The notes beneath the pieces are model-generated. The model had not been told where the DNA came from. It saw only the letters and a program-made list of their open reading frames with translations, and ran no database searches. DNA of 64,000 bases from a bacterium (GTDB lineage: Bacteria > UBA8248 > JACPRG01 > G963555815). This document shows positions 47,597-57,361 of the stretch, piece after piece (positions within the stretch are counted from its first letter, which is position 1; every line of letters starts with the position of its first letter). The stretch spans positions 4,736,001 to 4,800,000 of the forward strand of contig OZ244653.1 of the NCBI GenBank assembly GCA_965218795.1, in the 5' to 3' direction. A program made the position numbers and the translations under genes.

Positions 47597-47784
47597 CTGA
47601 ATCGCCTCATGAGTATGAATCCGATTGGAACTCTACGCCTCCCCGGTCATGCTGTCAACCACAGCGCCCGATCGTTCAGGTCGGCCTTGCAGTCACCGCA
47701 TGACAGCATTGACGGCTGAATCCTCAGAACGACTCCGAGACTATTTGGAACGAGGGAAACTATCATCCCATCCGACATGCCATC

Positions 47785-49506
47785 CTACTCGAGCCAGAAG
47801 GTCATACCCACATAAGGGCTCGTGATGTAGCGATCCAGCCGGGCGAATTCCTCATTGAATCGGCGAACCGCGTCTATGTGCTCCAAGTTTTGAGCGGATT
47901 GCGGCTCCTTTGAATAAATTCGGGCCAGTGGTGCGCCGCTCTCCCGGATGTTGCCAACCAAATGGTAACTCTGAAGAAGGGTCCGTAGGTCATCTGAGAC
48001 CGGGCCATTCTCGAGGATCACGAAGTAATCCACCGGAGGCTCAGGTTCGATATTGGCGCCCCCGAACAGCCGCTTACGTTTGGGGTCGCCGCAGGCGCAG
48101 CGTACGGTTCCCATATAGAGCTCTCCAAGATTCGGATCTTTGTTGATGTATATTCGCGCGCGGGGTTTGCCGAATTTTCGAATCCAGTACCCGGCCGATT
48201 TCATTGCCCGGTATCGATGGGAACCTCCTACAGCGCCCTGTGACTCGGCTGGGTTGTACCATTTGCCGGATGGTGTCTCTCGGGCCAGGTTAACGACCAT
48301 GGAACCAGAAAGAGCCTCAGCGATGACGAGGGCCGCTACGACAACTCCACAGACCCGAAGCCATGCTTTTCGGGATTGGAGCCCCCGGACGAGCCCATGG
48401 GCGGTCAGGAGGAAAACAGGGATACCGCATGTTGCGATCAGGTGAACCTCCTGCGCAGAGAAGATTCCCAAGAACGGAAGACCCAGAAGAATGATCCACC
48501 AGATCTGCAAGCCCAGATGGTTAAGCCGGAATAATTGTCGAAAATATTGAATGAACGCCGCGAGGGCGGCCAAAATGAGCAGGTAGCCAAATGAGCTTCC
48601 GAATACTTTCAAGGCTTCGGTTGAGACAGTCATCGGCCGCGTATGACGGAAGGACCAAGCCAACAGCCCCAGCCATACCCCCCGCTGAACATACACCGCG
48701 AATAACCCGAGTTGAAGGAGAATAACGATCAGCGGAATGATCCCCCACCAGATCAGTGCCGTTTCCTTCTTGAATGCGATCGTCCGGCGGATGAGCAGTG
48801 CGGGCGTATCGCCTTCCCGGCGAAGTCGAACCCAGCCGAAATAAGCCAGGATCAAAAGGGTGAAGGGGAATCCGTTGTTGGACAGGACTTCAAAAGCGAG
48901 CATCAGGCTGAAGAGTGCCGCCCATACTTTTCGTTTGGTTGTCAACAGCCGATCGGCAACCAAGAACATAAACACCTGATTGACGAAGTTCCCAACCATT
49001 GGGTGGTTGATGCGGGATATCACGCCGTGGAAGGGAGCCACAGCCGCGAGGAAGGCCGCCAATAGGCCGGTTGGCTTGTCAAACCATCGATTCCCGAGGA
49101 AATAAAGCCCCAGAATTGAGAGTAATCCCCAAATCGCGTAAGGCAGAAACAGGAAAAATTCCTGGAGCGGGATCCCGAACAAATTGAGAATTTCCAGATT
49201 GACGAATTGAATCAGCGGGCTGCTTGCGCCGTTATAGTAAAGAAAGAGCTGAACGAAGAAATTCTCTACCCAGGACTCGGTCGGAAGGAAGTTGGATTGC
49301 GTTAGACGAAATCCCGCCAGGAGCGGATTAACTTCGTCGTGGTTGGAATGCACTATCCGATCGAGTCCGGTGAATCGGATCCAGGCCGCAACCACCAGAA
49401 TCAGGATCAGGAGCCGCCCCCCATACCGGGTCAATATCCGTGAAACCATGCCCGATGCCCCGCCCCGATCGTCCAAAGTCGTATCCATCAAATGAGCAGC
49501 CGACAC
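47785..49506 (-). CDS. GT-C fold (ArnT/PMT-like) membrane glycosyltransferase
   Basis: IRFTGLD...HDE in the first loop, LPYAIWGLLSILGLYFLGNRWF, AAFLAAVAPFHGVISR, many TM helices. Confidence 0.7.
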   Translation of the reverse strand: MSAAHLMDTTLDDRGGASGMVSRILTRYGGRLLILILVVAAWIRFTGLDRIVHSNHDEVNPLLAGFRLTQSNFLPTESWVENFFVQLFLYYNGASSPLIQFVNLEILNLFGIPLQEFFLFLPYAIWGLLSILGLYFLGNRWFDKPTGLLAAFLAAVAPFHGVISRINHPMVGNFVNQVFMFLVADRLLTTKRKVWAALFSLMLAFEVLSNNGFPFTLLILAYFGWVRLRREGDTPALLIRRTIAFKKETALIWWGIIPLIVILLQLGLFAVYVQRGVWLGLLAWSFRHTRPMTVSTEALKVFGSSFGYLLILAALAAFIQYFRQLFRLNHLGLQIWWIILLGLPFLGIFSAQEVHLIATCGIPVFLLTAHGLVRGLQSRKAWLRVCGVVVAALVIAEALSGSMVVNLARETPSGKWYNPAESQGAVGGSHRYRAMKSAGYWIRKFGKPRARIYINKDPNLGELYMGTVRCACGDPKRKRLFGGANIEPEPPVDYFVILENGPVSDDLRTLLQSYHLVGNIRESGAPLARIYSKEPQSAQNLEHIDAVRRFNEEFARLDRYITSPYVGMTFWLE

Positions 49507-49539
49507 CCGTCCCCTCCGTGCAGATTGCCCGCGCGTGCA

Positions 49540-49898
49540 CCCCGATCAACACAGCCAAAAGAATCAAACCACCAAATCCCGGCCCGCCCAGGATTTCCCA
49601 TTCGTCCTAAGAGGCACGTTTCGCAGCGCGTCAATCAGCCGCATCGGTATGGGGGCTCATCATGAGATACGCCGAAATCAGAACGACCTCAACATGAGGT
49701 GCGAGGAATGCGGAGTGAAAATCTCCAGTCAAGAAATGCGCGGGGTGATAGACGCCTCCATAAAGGAATCGCAAAAGGAATCCCAGAATTCCGCAAGCAA
49801 TCAGGATGACGCATACTCTTCGAACCCAAATCCGGTTTTGCACCCCTGGTTGCTTTCTTCCGAGCAGAACGGACCTTTGCGGCCTTCCGTTGCGCCAC
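49540..49898 (-). pseudogene. possible decayed membrane-protein (glycosyltransferase-like) gene start
   Basis: Hydrophobic stretch VILIACGILGFLLRFLYGGVYHPAHFLTGDF followed by stops, upstream of the GT-C gene. Boundaries are approximate. Confidence 0.3.
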
Positions 49899-50048
49899 CG
49901 GGAGAAAGTCGAGCCGATGATATCATTTGCTCTTTCGGCCTCACAAGATAACCTGCGTCCGTTCCCAAATGCGGGACACAACCCAAATCGCTTGCGGACG
50001 AATGCGCGACAAACCTGTCATGGGAATGGAGTGTCCTCGTCGCAACGT

Positions 50049-50174
50049 TCTCCGGATGGTTCGCCTGACGAGGGTGACCTCCGCTATGTGTTGAAGCGGA
50101 ACCTGAAGGAGGCCGCCGATATGGAGTTTACAGTCCATGTCGGCTCGGAGCTGGAGTTCTTCCTCTTTGAATGA
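50049..50174 (+). pseudogene. internal fragment of a type I glutamine synthetase gene
   Basis: SPDGSPDEGDLRYVLKRNLKEAADMEFTVHVGSELEFFLFE matches the PDG.PF.GDPR.VL...G.ELEFFLF segment of GS-I. Confidence 0.75.
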
Positions 50175-50532
50175 GCCCATCAAGAATGCGGGAAAAAGCG
50201 AGCTTCTGAGAAAATGTCCGGGAGAGCGCATCTTCACAAAGCGATTGTAGAACAAGCGGCTCGAATGGCACGCCTTCCGCGCCCGCGTCTCGCACTTCGA
50301 GTTGGAGAATGACCTACCTGTCCTATAGGGTCGATGCTCGTTTTTGGTGTACTCAAGACGGCGTCAGAAAAGGGTCGTCCGAAGGTTGGTTGGGGAGGCC
50401 TTTTTTGAATCTTCCCGCTTGCCCAACGCATCCAAAATACATAACTAACCGTAATTGAAAGATTCGGGATTGCGAGAACGCCTGCCCGGCCACGGAACCT
50501 CCCTGAAAGCTGCCTTGATACTGGAGGATTTC

Positions 50533-50949
50533 ATGTACAGGGTCACAAAGGTTATCGATTTCTGTTATGGCCATCGGTTGATGGATTACGGGGGAAAGTC
50601 CAAAGCCATTCACGGCCATAGCGGAAGACTGGAGGTCACGCTCGAAAGCGAGACTTTGGATGCGGTCGGGTTTGTTCGCGAATTCGGCGACGTGAAACGG
50701 ACCATCAAGGAATGGGTGGATGCCCATTTTGACCATACAATGCTGATGCGGAAGGATGATCCATTCCTTCCTCTTCTGAAAGAGCACAATGAGCCTTTTT
50801 TCGAAATGGAACAGAATCCAACGTCTGAAAATATCTGCAAGATCATTTTCGATTATGCCGCGTCTGAAGGGCTTCCCGTTTCAGAGGTCCAGCTATGGGA
50901 GACTCCGACGTCCAGCGCTTCTTACGGGAAACAGACCCCTGGGGGATAG
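50533..50949 (+). CDS. queD: 6-carboxytetrahydropterin synthase/PTPS family protein (QueD-like; Ser in place of the catalytic Cys)
   Basis: FCYGHRL, GKSKAIHGH, FDH, NPTSENI, LWETPTSSA. RBS GGAGG. Confidence 0.8.
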   Translation: MYRVTKVIDFCYGHRLMDYGGKSKAIHGHSGRLEVTLESETLDAVGFVREFGDVKRTIKEWVDAHFDHTMLMRKDDPFLPLLKEHNEPFFEMEQNPTSENICKIIFDYAASEGLPVSEVQLWETPTSSASYGKQTPGG

Positions 50950-51051
50950 GACCACAGAAGATCGACCCGCTCTATTCCCATTGGAACTGTCGCGGATCAG
51001 GCGCCCACCAACGGATCAGAAATCTGCAATCCTTGAAATGGGAGGGATTCA

Positions 51052-51786
51052 TTGGACTTGAAGGGCAAATGCGCTCTGATAACGGGGTCCGCTGTGCGCG
51101 TGGGGCGGGTCATCGCCCTCAGTTTCGCTCGGCAGGGGGCTGATATCGCCGTTCACTACAACAGTTCCAAAGCGCAGGCCGGAGCGACGGCTGATGAAAT
51201 TCGTGCACTGGGGACAAGGGCTTTTCCGGTGCAAGGTGATGTGTCGCGTGCCGATCAGGTGGATTCCATCGTCAACGCCATCGAAAAAGAACTGGGTCCG
51301 GTGGACGTACTCGTCAACAGCGCTTCCGTCTATTACCGAAAGCCCTTCCTGGAGTTGACTGAAGAGGATTGGAACCGGAATCTGGACATCAACGCCAAAG
51401 CGCCTTTTTTGCTGGCTCGGCGGATTGGACCCGGAATGAAGGAAAGGGGCAGGGGTAAGATCCTCAACATTGTCGACTGGGCGGCGGAACGTCCCTATCG
51501 GGATTACCTGCCGTATTGCGCATCAAAGGCCGCATTGGTGAACCTCACTCAATCGCTCGCCTTGGCGTTGGCCCCCGAAGTCCAGGTCAACGGGATTGCG
51601 CCGGGGCCTGTCCTGCCCCCCGAGGATTTCTCCGACGAGGAGCTGGAAGCCGTCAAACGCGCGGTTCCCTTGAGGCGGCTGGGTTCACCGGAAGATGTCG
51701 CATCCGCCGCCCAATTCCTTATCGAGGGGACCGACTTTATGACGGGGTCGATCATTACGGTGGACGGGGGCCGGCTTATCGCTTAG
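51052..51786 (+). CDS. pteridine reductase-like SDR (FolM/PTR1-like)
   Basis: LITGSAVRVG, VHYNSS, VNSAS, NIVD, YCASK, VNGIAPG, VDGGR. Confidence 0.85.
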   Translation: MDLKGKCALITGSAVRVGRVIALSFARQGADIAVHYNSSKAQAGATADEIRALGTRAFPVQGDVSRADQVDSIVNAIEKELGPVDVLVNSASVYYRKPFLELTEEDWNRNLDINAKAPFLLARRIGPGMKERGRGKILNIVDWAAERPYRDYLPYCASKAALVNLTQSLALALAPEVQVNGIAPGPVLPPEDFSDEELEAVKRAVPLRRLGSPEDVASAAQFLIEGTDFMTGSIITVDGGRLIA

Positions 51787-51837
51787 GTTCGGCGAGCCGG
51801 TTTTCACATCCGTTGATCTTCGGTCAGGGCTGATCGC

Positions 51838-52593
51838 ATGTCCGAATGGACGAAAAAATTCTTCGGTGCGGATTATTCAAAGGCCTACCCGCGTGATCAT
51901 CAGACCATAGCTCAAGGAGAAGGGGCCGTTCGGCTTCTGGGCATCTCTCCTCCATGTCGTCTTCTGGACTTGGCATGTGGGTACGGCCGGCATACGTTGT
52001 CGCTTCGCAAAATGGGTTTCGGGGTAATGGGCCTGGACAATGCCTGGGATCTCTTGGAGCGCGCGGCAGGAGACACGTTATCCAGCGGCCTGGGAATACC
52101 GCCCCCCTTCACACGGGCGGACATGCGCGTGCTGCCGTACCGGAACAACTCATTCGACGTTGGCGTTTCTCTGTTCACCTCCTTCGGCTATTTCGATGCA
52201 GAAGAGGAAGATCAGTCGGTTTTGCATGAGATTTCCCGTGTTCTGAGACCCGGCGGAAAATTTTTCCTGGATGTCCTGAATAAAGAATGGCTAATGGCGC
52301 ACTTTGATCAACGATTTTGGGAGGAGGGCGACAACGCAAAGCTGCTGAACGAAATGGTGTTCGATTATGAGCGTGGGCGACTGAATACGAAAAGAACTCT
52401 CATCCCGGATGACGGAAGTGAACGGACAGAATTGTTCAGCAGCATTCGGCTCTATACCTTGGCGGAGATGATCCGCATGATGCAGACAGCCGGAATCACA
52501 TTTCAAGAAGCCTACGGCGATTACACTGGAAAACAATATGACAAGGAGGGATTCCGGATGATTGTTATTGGGGAAAAAAGAACATTTCGTTGA
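51838..52593 (+). CDS. class I SAM-dependent methyltransferase
   Basis: LLDLACGYGRH, ADMR, LFTSFGYF, LRPGGKFFLD. Confidence 0.92.
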   Translation: MSEWTKKFFGADYSKAYPRDHQTIAQGEGAVRLLGISPPCRLLDLACGYGRHTLSLRKMGFGVMGLDNAWDLLERAAGDTLSSGLGIPPPFTRADMRVLPYRNNSFDVGVSLFTSFGYFDAEEEDQSVLHEISRVLRPGGKFFLDVLNKEWLMAHFDQRFWEEGDNAKLLNEMVFDYERGRLNTKRTLIPDDGSERTELFSSIRLYTLAEMIRMMQTAGITFQEAYGDYTGKQYDKEGFRMIVIGEKRTFR

Positions 52594-52787
52594 CGATTTG
52601 AGACGGATTTTTTATCCATATGCATTTCGTTTTTTATTTGTCAATTTCTCAGGTCAGCATATTGCCGGTCCCGATAAGAGTGAAAAAAAACTGTCATCGC
52701 ATCCGAAACGGCTCCCTGGCCTGACTTCCTGTATCGGCTGTCGCTATGTGGCGGTTTTGCGGCGGGAACCCTGGGGGTTGGCTTCCG

Positions 52788-52816
52788 TTGACGGCTGCGA
52801 ATGCACTTCGGATAAT
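52788..52816 (+). promoter_or_regulatory. candidate sigma70 promoter for the fusA paralog
   Basis: TTGACG-17 nt-GATAAT, about 80 nt upstream of ATG 52896. Confidence 0.5.
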
Positions 52817-52895
52817 CATGAACCTTGAAAACACGCGAATTGTCAAAAGCGGGTTCGCATGGAATCCTCTCACGCAGCATCGCCAGGTGAGATCA

Positions 52896-54941
52896 ATGGA
52901 TCTCGGGAAAATCCGGAACATCGGAGTTATCTCGCATATTGACGCCGGCAAGACGACGGTCACCGAACGGATACTCTTTTACAGCGGGGCGATTCATCGG
53001 ATGGGCGAAGTGCACGACGGCCTTGCCACAACCGATTGGATGCCCCAGGAACGCGAGCGTGGGATCACCATCACGGCGGCCTCTATTTCTGTCAATTGGC
53101 GGGATCACATCATTAATATCATCGATACCCCGGGACATGTGGATTTCACCATCGAAGTGGAACGAAGCTTGCGGGTTCTGGATGGAGCGGTGGCCATTTT
53201 CAGCGCCGTGGATGGGGTGGAGCCGCAGTCGGAAGTGGTTTGGCGGCAGGCGGAGCGGCATAGGGTGCCCCGGATCGTTTTTGTCAACAAGATGGATCGC
53301 AGAGGAGCTGAATTTCAAAGGGTGCTCAAGGATCTCGAGGAGAAGTTGGGCGCAAGGGAATTGGTCGTCCAACTCCCGTTAGGCGCTGAAGATGAGTTCC
53401 GTGGAGTCATCGACTTGATCGAGATGCGAGCCGTCACATGGAGGGCGGAAGAGCTCGGCGTTGAATATGGTTTTTCGGACATTCCAGAGTCCCACCTGCC
53501 CATTGCAAACGAAGCGCGGGGGAAGCTCCTGGAAACGATGGCCGAAGGAGATGAGCTTTTTTTGGAGCGTTTTCTCGAAGACGAGGAAAGCCCGGAGCCC
53601 CAGGAAATTCGCTCGGCCATTCGGCGAATCACCCTGTCGGGTCTGGCGTTTCCGGTCCTTTGCGGCTCCGGATTGAGAAATATCGGTATTCAGCCACTCA
53701 CGGATGCAGTGGTGGATTACCTGCCCGCCCCGCCGGATCTACCGCCGATCGAGGGGATGGAGCCCGTTTCTGGATCTTCCATTCAGCGGTCCCACGATGG
53801 CGGCGCGCCGTTCTCCGCGCTCGCTTTCAAGATCTTGACGGAAATGGGACGTCGCATCACATACCTTCGGATTTACTCGGGGATGCTCCAGGCCGGGGGA
53901 CAAGTCCACAACCCGAACCGCGGTGTCGACGAAAGGGTCGCCCGGATTTTCCAGATGTTTGCCAATAAGCGAAACAGGCTGGACGAGGTCGAGGCCGGAA
54001 ACATCGTGGCGGTGGCGGGACTCAAGGAGACCTTTACGGGCGATACCCTGTGCGAGCGGGACAAACCCATTCGATACGAGTCGCTGGATTTCCCGGAGCC
54101 CGTTATCTATCTCGCGGTCGAGTTGCGATCCTCGGCCGACGAAAAAAAGCTTCTCGAATCTCTTGAAAAGCTCCAGGCTGAGGATCCGACGTTCCATGTT
54201 CGTGTGGATGAAGAAACCGGACAGACCATTCTTTCCGGTATGGGAGAGCTTCACCTGGACGTTGTCCTGCGGCGACTGAAAGAGGAGTTTCTCGTACCTG
54301 TCAGAGCAGGAACGCCGAGAGTGGTTTACCGCGAGACGATATCCGCTTCCGGAGAAGGAGAGGGGGTTTTCGATCGCGAGATTGGCGGAAAGGCGCAATT
54401 CGCCAGGGTGATCGTCCGGCTCGAGCCCGCGCCCCGGGGGGCGGGAGTCTCTATCGATTCGAAGCACCCAAACCTGCCCGAGGAATTTCAAGAGCCAGTG
54501 AAACTCGCTCTTCTCTCCTCCGTTGAGAGCGGACCATTGGGCGGTTACAAGTTGGTGGACCTTGCCGCATCCGTTGTAGAGGCCGCCTTTGACGAAATGC
54601 GAAGCACTCGAACCGCCTTCGAGGTTGCATCTGCCATTGGATTTCAAGTCGCGTCCGAGGAGGCGTCCCCCATCCTCCTTGAACCCATCATGAATGTAGA
54701 AGTCATCACGCCTGAGGAATTCCTGGGCGGCATTATCAATGACCTCAATGGCCGTAAGGGTAAGATCGAGGAGGTGACCACGAGGGGAAATTCGAAAATC
54801 GTCAAGACACTCATTCCCCTCGCGGAAATGTTCGGCTATAGCACGGATTTACGATCGGCCTCCGAGGGCCGAGCGACGTACTCGATGAAATTCTCACATT
54901 ACGATGCTGTCGAACGGACGAAAAGACAGGAGAATGTCTGA
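52896..54941 (+). CDS. fusA: elongation factor G (stand-alone copy)
   Basis: RNIGVISHIDAGKTT, QERERGITI, DTPGHVDF, NKMD, GMGELHL, LLEPIM, AEMFGYSTDLRS. Not flanked by rpsL/rpsG/tuf. Confidence 0.95.
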   Translation: MDLGKIRNIGVISHIDAGKTTVTERILFYSGAIHRMGEVHDGLATTDWMPQERERGITITAASISVNWRDHIINIIDTPGHVDFTIEVERSLRVLDGAVAIFSAVDGVEPQSEVVWRQAERHRVPRIVFVNKMDRRGAEFQRVLKDLEEKLGARELVVQLPLGAEDEFRGVIDLIEMRAVTWRAEELGVEYGFSDIPESHLPIANEARGKLLETMAEGDELFLERFLEDEESPEPQEIRSAIRRITLSGLAFPVLCGSGLRNIGIQPLTDAVVDYLPAPPDLPPIEGMEPVSGSSIQRSHDGGAPFSALAFKILTEMGRRITYLRIYSGMLQAGGQVHNPNRGVDERVARIFQMFANKRNRLDEVEAGNIVAVAGLKETFTGDTLCERDKPIRYESLDFPEPVIYLAVELRSSADEKKLLESLEKLQAEDPTFHVRVDEETGQTILSGMGELHLDVVLRRLKEEFLVPVRAGTPRVVYRETISASGEGEGVFDREIGGKAQFARVIVRLEPAPRGAGVSIDSKHPNLPEEFQEPVKLALLSSVESGPLGGYKLVDLAASVVEAAFDEMRSTRTAFEVASAIGFQVASEEASPILLEPIMNVEVITPEEFLGGIINDLNGRKGKIEEVTTRGNSKIVKTLIPLAEMFGYSTDLRSASEGRATYSMKFSHYDAVERTKRQENV

Positions 54942-55209
54942 GGGGAATCATGGATTCCTCCGGCGCGGAGGAGCGTTTGAATTCGCCTGCGGATTTCGAT
55001 ATGAATCGTGCGGGAGAAAGAACGTTGGGCAGGTTCTTCCCGAACCCTCTCCTTACCTGACAAAGGTGGTGTCCCCGGTTGCTTCGAAGGCGGATGGTTG
55101 CTAGAATTAATCCGAAGAGTCTCTTCCTGCCCTCATGTGTTCCAATGCTTAGGTGAAAGTGCGTTCGTGGTTCGACTGAAAAATCGTATCGGGGGGGAGA
55201 TTGGCTCTG

Positions 55210-56124
55210 ATGGCCACATCCGCATCTAAATCACGTGTATCCAAGTCCACATCCCCGAAAAAGACAAACGGTCCGGCGCCCCTGATGGATAATTCGACGG
55301 ACGCGCTCGATCCCTCATTCGAGGAATTGACCCTCCAGGCCAAACGCCTCCGGCGCGAAATTCTCGAGATGATCATCGAAGCGGGTTCCGGACATCCCGG
55401 CGGATCCTTCTCCATGGTGGAGATTCTTCTCGTTCTCTATTCCCACTTTCTCCGCCATCGGAAACCTGAAGAGCCCGATTGGGAAGACCGGGATCGATTT
55501 ATTCTAAGCAAGGGTCACGGCGCTCCCGCGCTATACGCGGTTCTCTCCGAATTCGGGTATGTCTCGAAGGAGGAACTGAAGTCCCTCCGCAAATTGGGGA
55601 GTCGGCTCCAGGGGCATCCGGACAAGCGATTTCTCCCTGTCCTGGAGGCCTCGACGGGTTCCCTGGGCCAGGGCCTTTCCATCGGTATCGGGTCGGCCCT
55701 TGCGGCGCGGATAGACAAGAAGTCCTACCATACCTATGTCCTGTTGGGCGACGGCGAGTCGGAAGAAGGTCAGATCTGGGAAGGTGTCATGTTCGGCGCC
55801 CAACACAAGCTCGACAACTTGACGGCCATTGTGGATGTCAACCGAATTCAGCTCGACGGCTTTACGAAGGACATTATTGATATGGAACCCCTGGTTCCCA
55901 AATGGAAGTCCTTCGGCTGGTTCGTTCAGGAAATAGATGGACACGACATGAAGCAAATCTACGACGCCTTTCTGACCTGCTCGAACCACCAAGGTCAGCC
56001 ATGTGTCATCATCGCCCGGACCATCAAAGGAAAGGGCGCATCCATGATGGAAAACAATCCGGCCTTCCACGGGCGCGCGCCGAATCCGGAGGAAGCGGAC
56101 TTGGCGTTTCAAGAACTTGTTTAG
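55210..56124 (+). CDS. transketolase N-terminal (TPP-binding) subunit
   Basis: SGHPGGS, RDRFILSKGH, LQGHP, STGSLGQG, GDGESEEGQIWE. Confidence 0.95.
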   Translation: MATSASKSRVSKSTSPKKTNGPAPLMDNSTDALDPSFEELTLQAKRLRREILEMIIEAGSGHPGGSFSMVEILLVLYSHFLRHRKPEEPDWEDRDRFILSKGHGAPALYAVLSEFGYVSKEELKSLRKLGSRLQGHPDKRFLPVLEASTGSLGQGLSIGIGSALAARIDKKSYHTYVLLGDGESEEGQIWEGVMFGAQHKLDNLTAIVDVNRIQLDGFTKDIIDMEPLVPKWKSFGWFVQEIDGHDMKQIYDAFLTCSNHQGQPCVIIARTIKGKGASMMENNPAFHGRAPNPEEADLAFQELV

Positions 56125-56135
56125 GAGATTCGTGG

Positions 56136-57113
56136 ATGCGGGAATTCGAGATGGGCGGGGCGACACGGGACGCCTACGGGAAGGTCTTGGTGGAGTTGGG
56201 CGCGCAAAATCCCGACATCGTGGTTCTTGACGCCGATTTGGCCGAGTCCACCCGGACCAAGAAGTTCGGAGAGAAGTTCCCGGAACGCTTTTTCAATGTC
56301 GGGATTGCCGAGGCGAACATGGTGTCGATCGCGGCCGGGCTGGCCTCATCCGGGAAAATCCCCTTTATCAGCAGCTTCGCTGTTTTTTTGCTGTGCAAGG
56401 GGTTTGACCAGCTTCGGATGTGTGTCGCATATCCAGGCTTGAACGTAAAAGTGGTCGCGTCTCATGGCGGGATTTCGATCGGGGAGGACGGTCCTTCCCA
56501 GCAGAGTGTGGAAGACTTGGCCCTGGCGTGCGCCCTGCCGGGATTTCAAGTCGCTTCGCCTGCGGACCCGTGGTCGGCGGAGTGTCTGGTCAGGCAGGCA
56601 GCGGAGATTGTCGGGCCCGTATACATTCGGGTCGGAAGACCTCCATCACCCATCATTTACCCGAACGAGGAAAAGATTCACTTCGGTAAAGCGGTGATTC
56701 ATCATTTGGGAAAGGATGCGAACATCTTGGCGAATGGCTTGTTGGTCGCCGAGTCGATGAAAGCCTGCGATCTGGCCAAGGAAGACAACCTGGATATCGG
56801 GGTCGTGGATGTTCACACCCTCAAACCGTTGGATGTGGAGAGTATCACGGAGGCCGCGCGGGCGTCCGGGGCTTTGGTGGTTGCCGAGGAACATCTACTG
56901 GTCGGCGGACTCTCCAACCTGGTCAGCATGGCCGTAGCGCAAAATCACCCTGTCCCAATCGAGTACGTCGGCCTTGATGATTCCTATGCCGAATCGGGGA
57001 AGCCTGCGGAGCTCCTTGAAAAGTATGGGTTGACGGCCCCATCCATCCTCCGCGCCGTGGAGCGCGTGATCCAAAAGAAGGACACGCGTCATACCGCTGT
57101 TTCGACCGTATAA
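56136..57113 (+). CDS. transketolase C-terminal (pyrimidine-binding plus C-terminal domain) subunit
   Basis: ATRDAYG, DADLAEST, GIAEANM, GEDGPSQQ, LKPLD, AEEH. RBS AGGAG. Confidence 0.95.
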   Translation: MREFEMGGATRDAYGKVLVELGAQNPDIVVLDADLAESTRTKKFGEKFPERFFNVGIAEANMVSIAAGLASSGKIPFISSFAVFLLCKGFDQLRMCVAYPGLNVKVVASHGGISIGEDGPSQQSVEDLALACALPGFQVASPADPWSAECLVRQAAEIVGPVYIRVGRPPSPIIYPNEEKIHFGKAVIHHLGKDANILANGLLVAESMKACDLAKEDNLDIGVVDVHTLKPLDVESITEAARASGALVVAEEHLLVGGLSNLVSMAVAQNHPVPIEYVGLDDSYAESGKPAELLEKYGLTAPSILRAVERVIQKKDTRHTAVSTV

Positions 57114-57257
57114 ACCGGAAATGCTGGTCGCTTTTATCACCTAGTCGAGAAGAAAGTAAGCCGTCCAATCGCCCCGTCCGATTCTGTGGCTCGAATCATG
57201 GAAAATCACTCGGGAGAATTCCTTTGTGAAGAGTCGACGGCCGGTCCGGCTTCTTTC

Positions 57258-57287
57258 TTGACAATCTCGGGATTCGACTTCCATACT
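57258..57287 (+). promoter_or_regulatory. candidate sigma70 promoter
   Basis: TTGACA-18 nt-CATACT, about 75 nt upstream of ATG 57362. Confidence 0.5.
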
Positions 57288-57361
57288 GAAGTCAGAAAAA
57301 AAATTACGCTCAGGTGGGTACGCCGGAGCGAGCGATAGACTCTTTCTTGGTAACACTGTAA

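Noticed and set aside
50230-50520. Possible preQ1 or other riboswitch upstream of the queD-like gene
   Set aside because: No recognisable aptamer consensus; would need an Infernal/Rfam scan.
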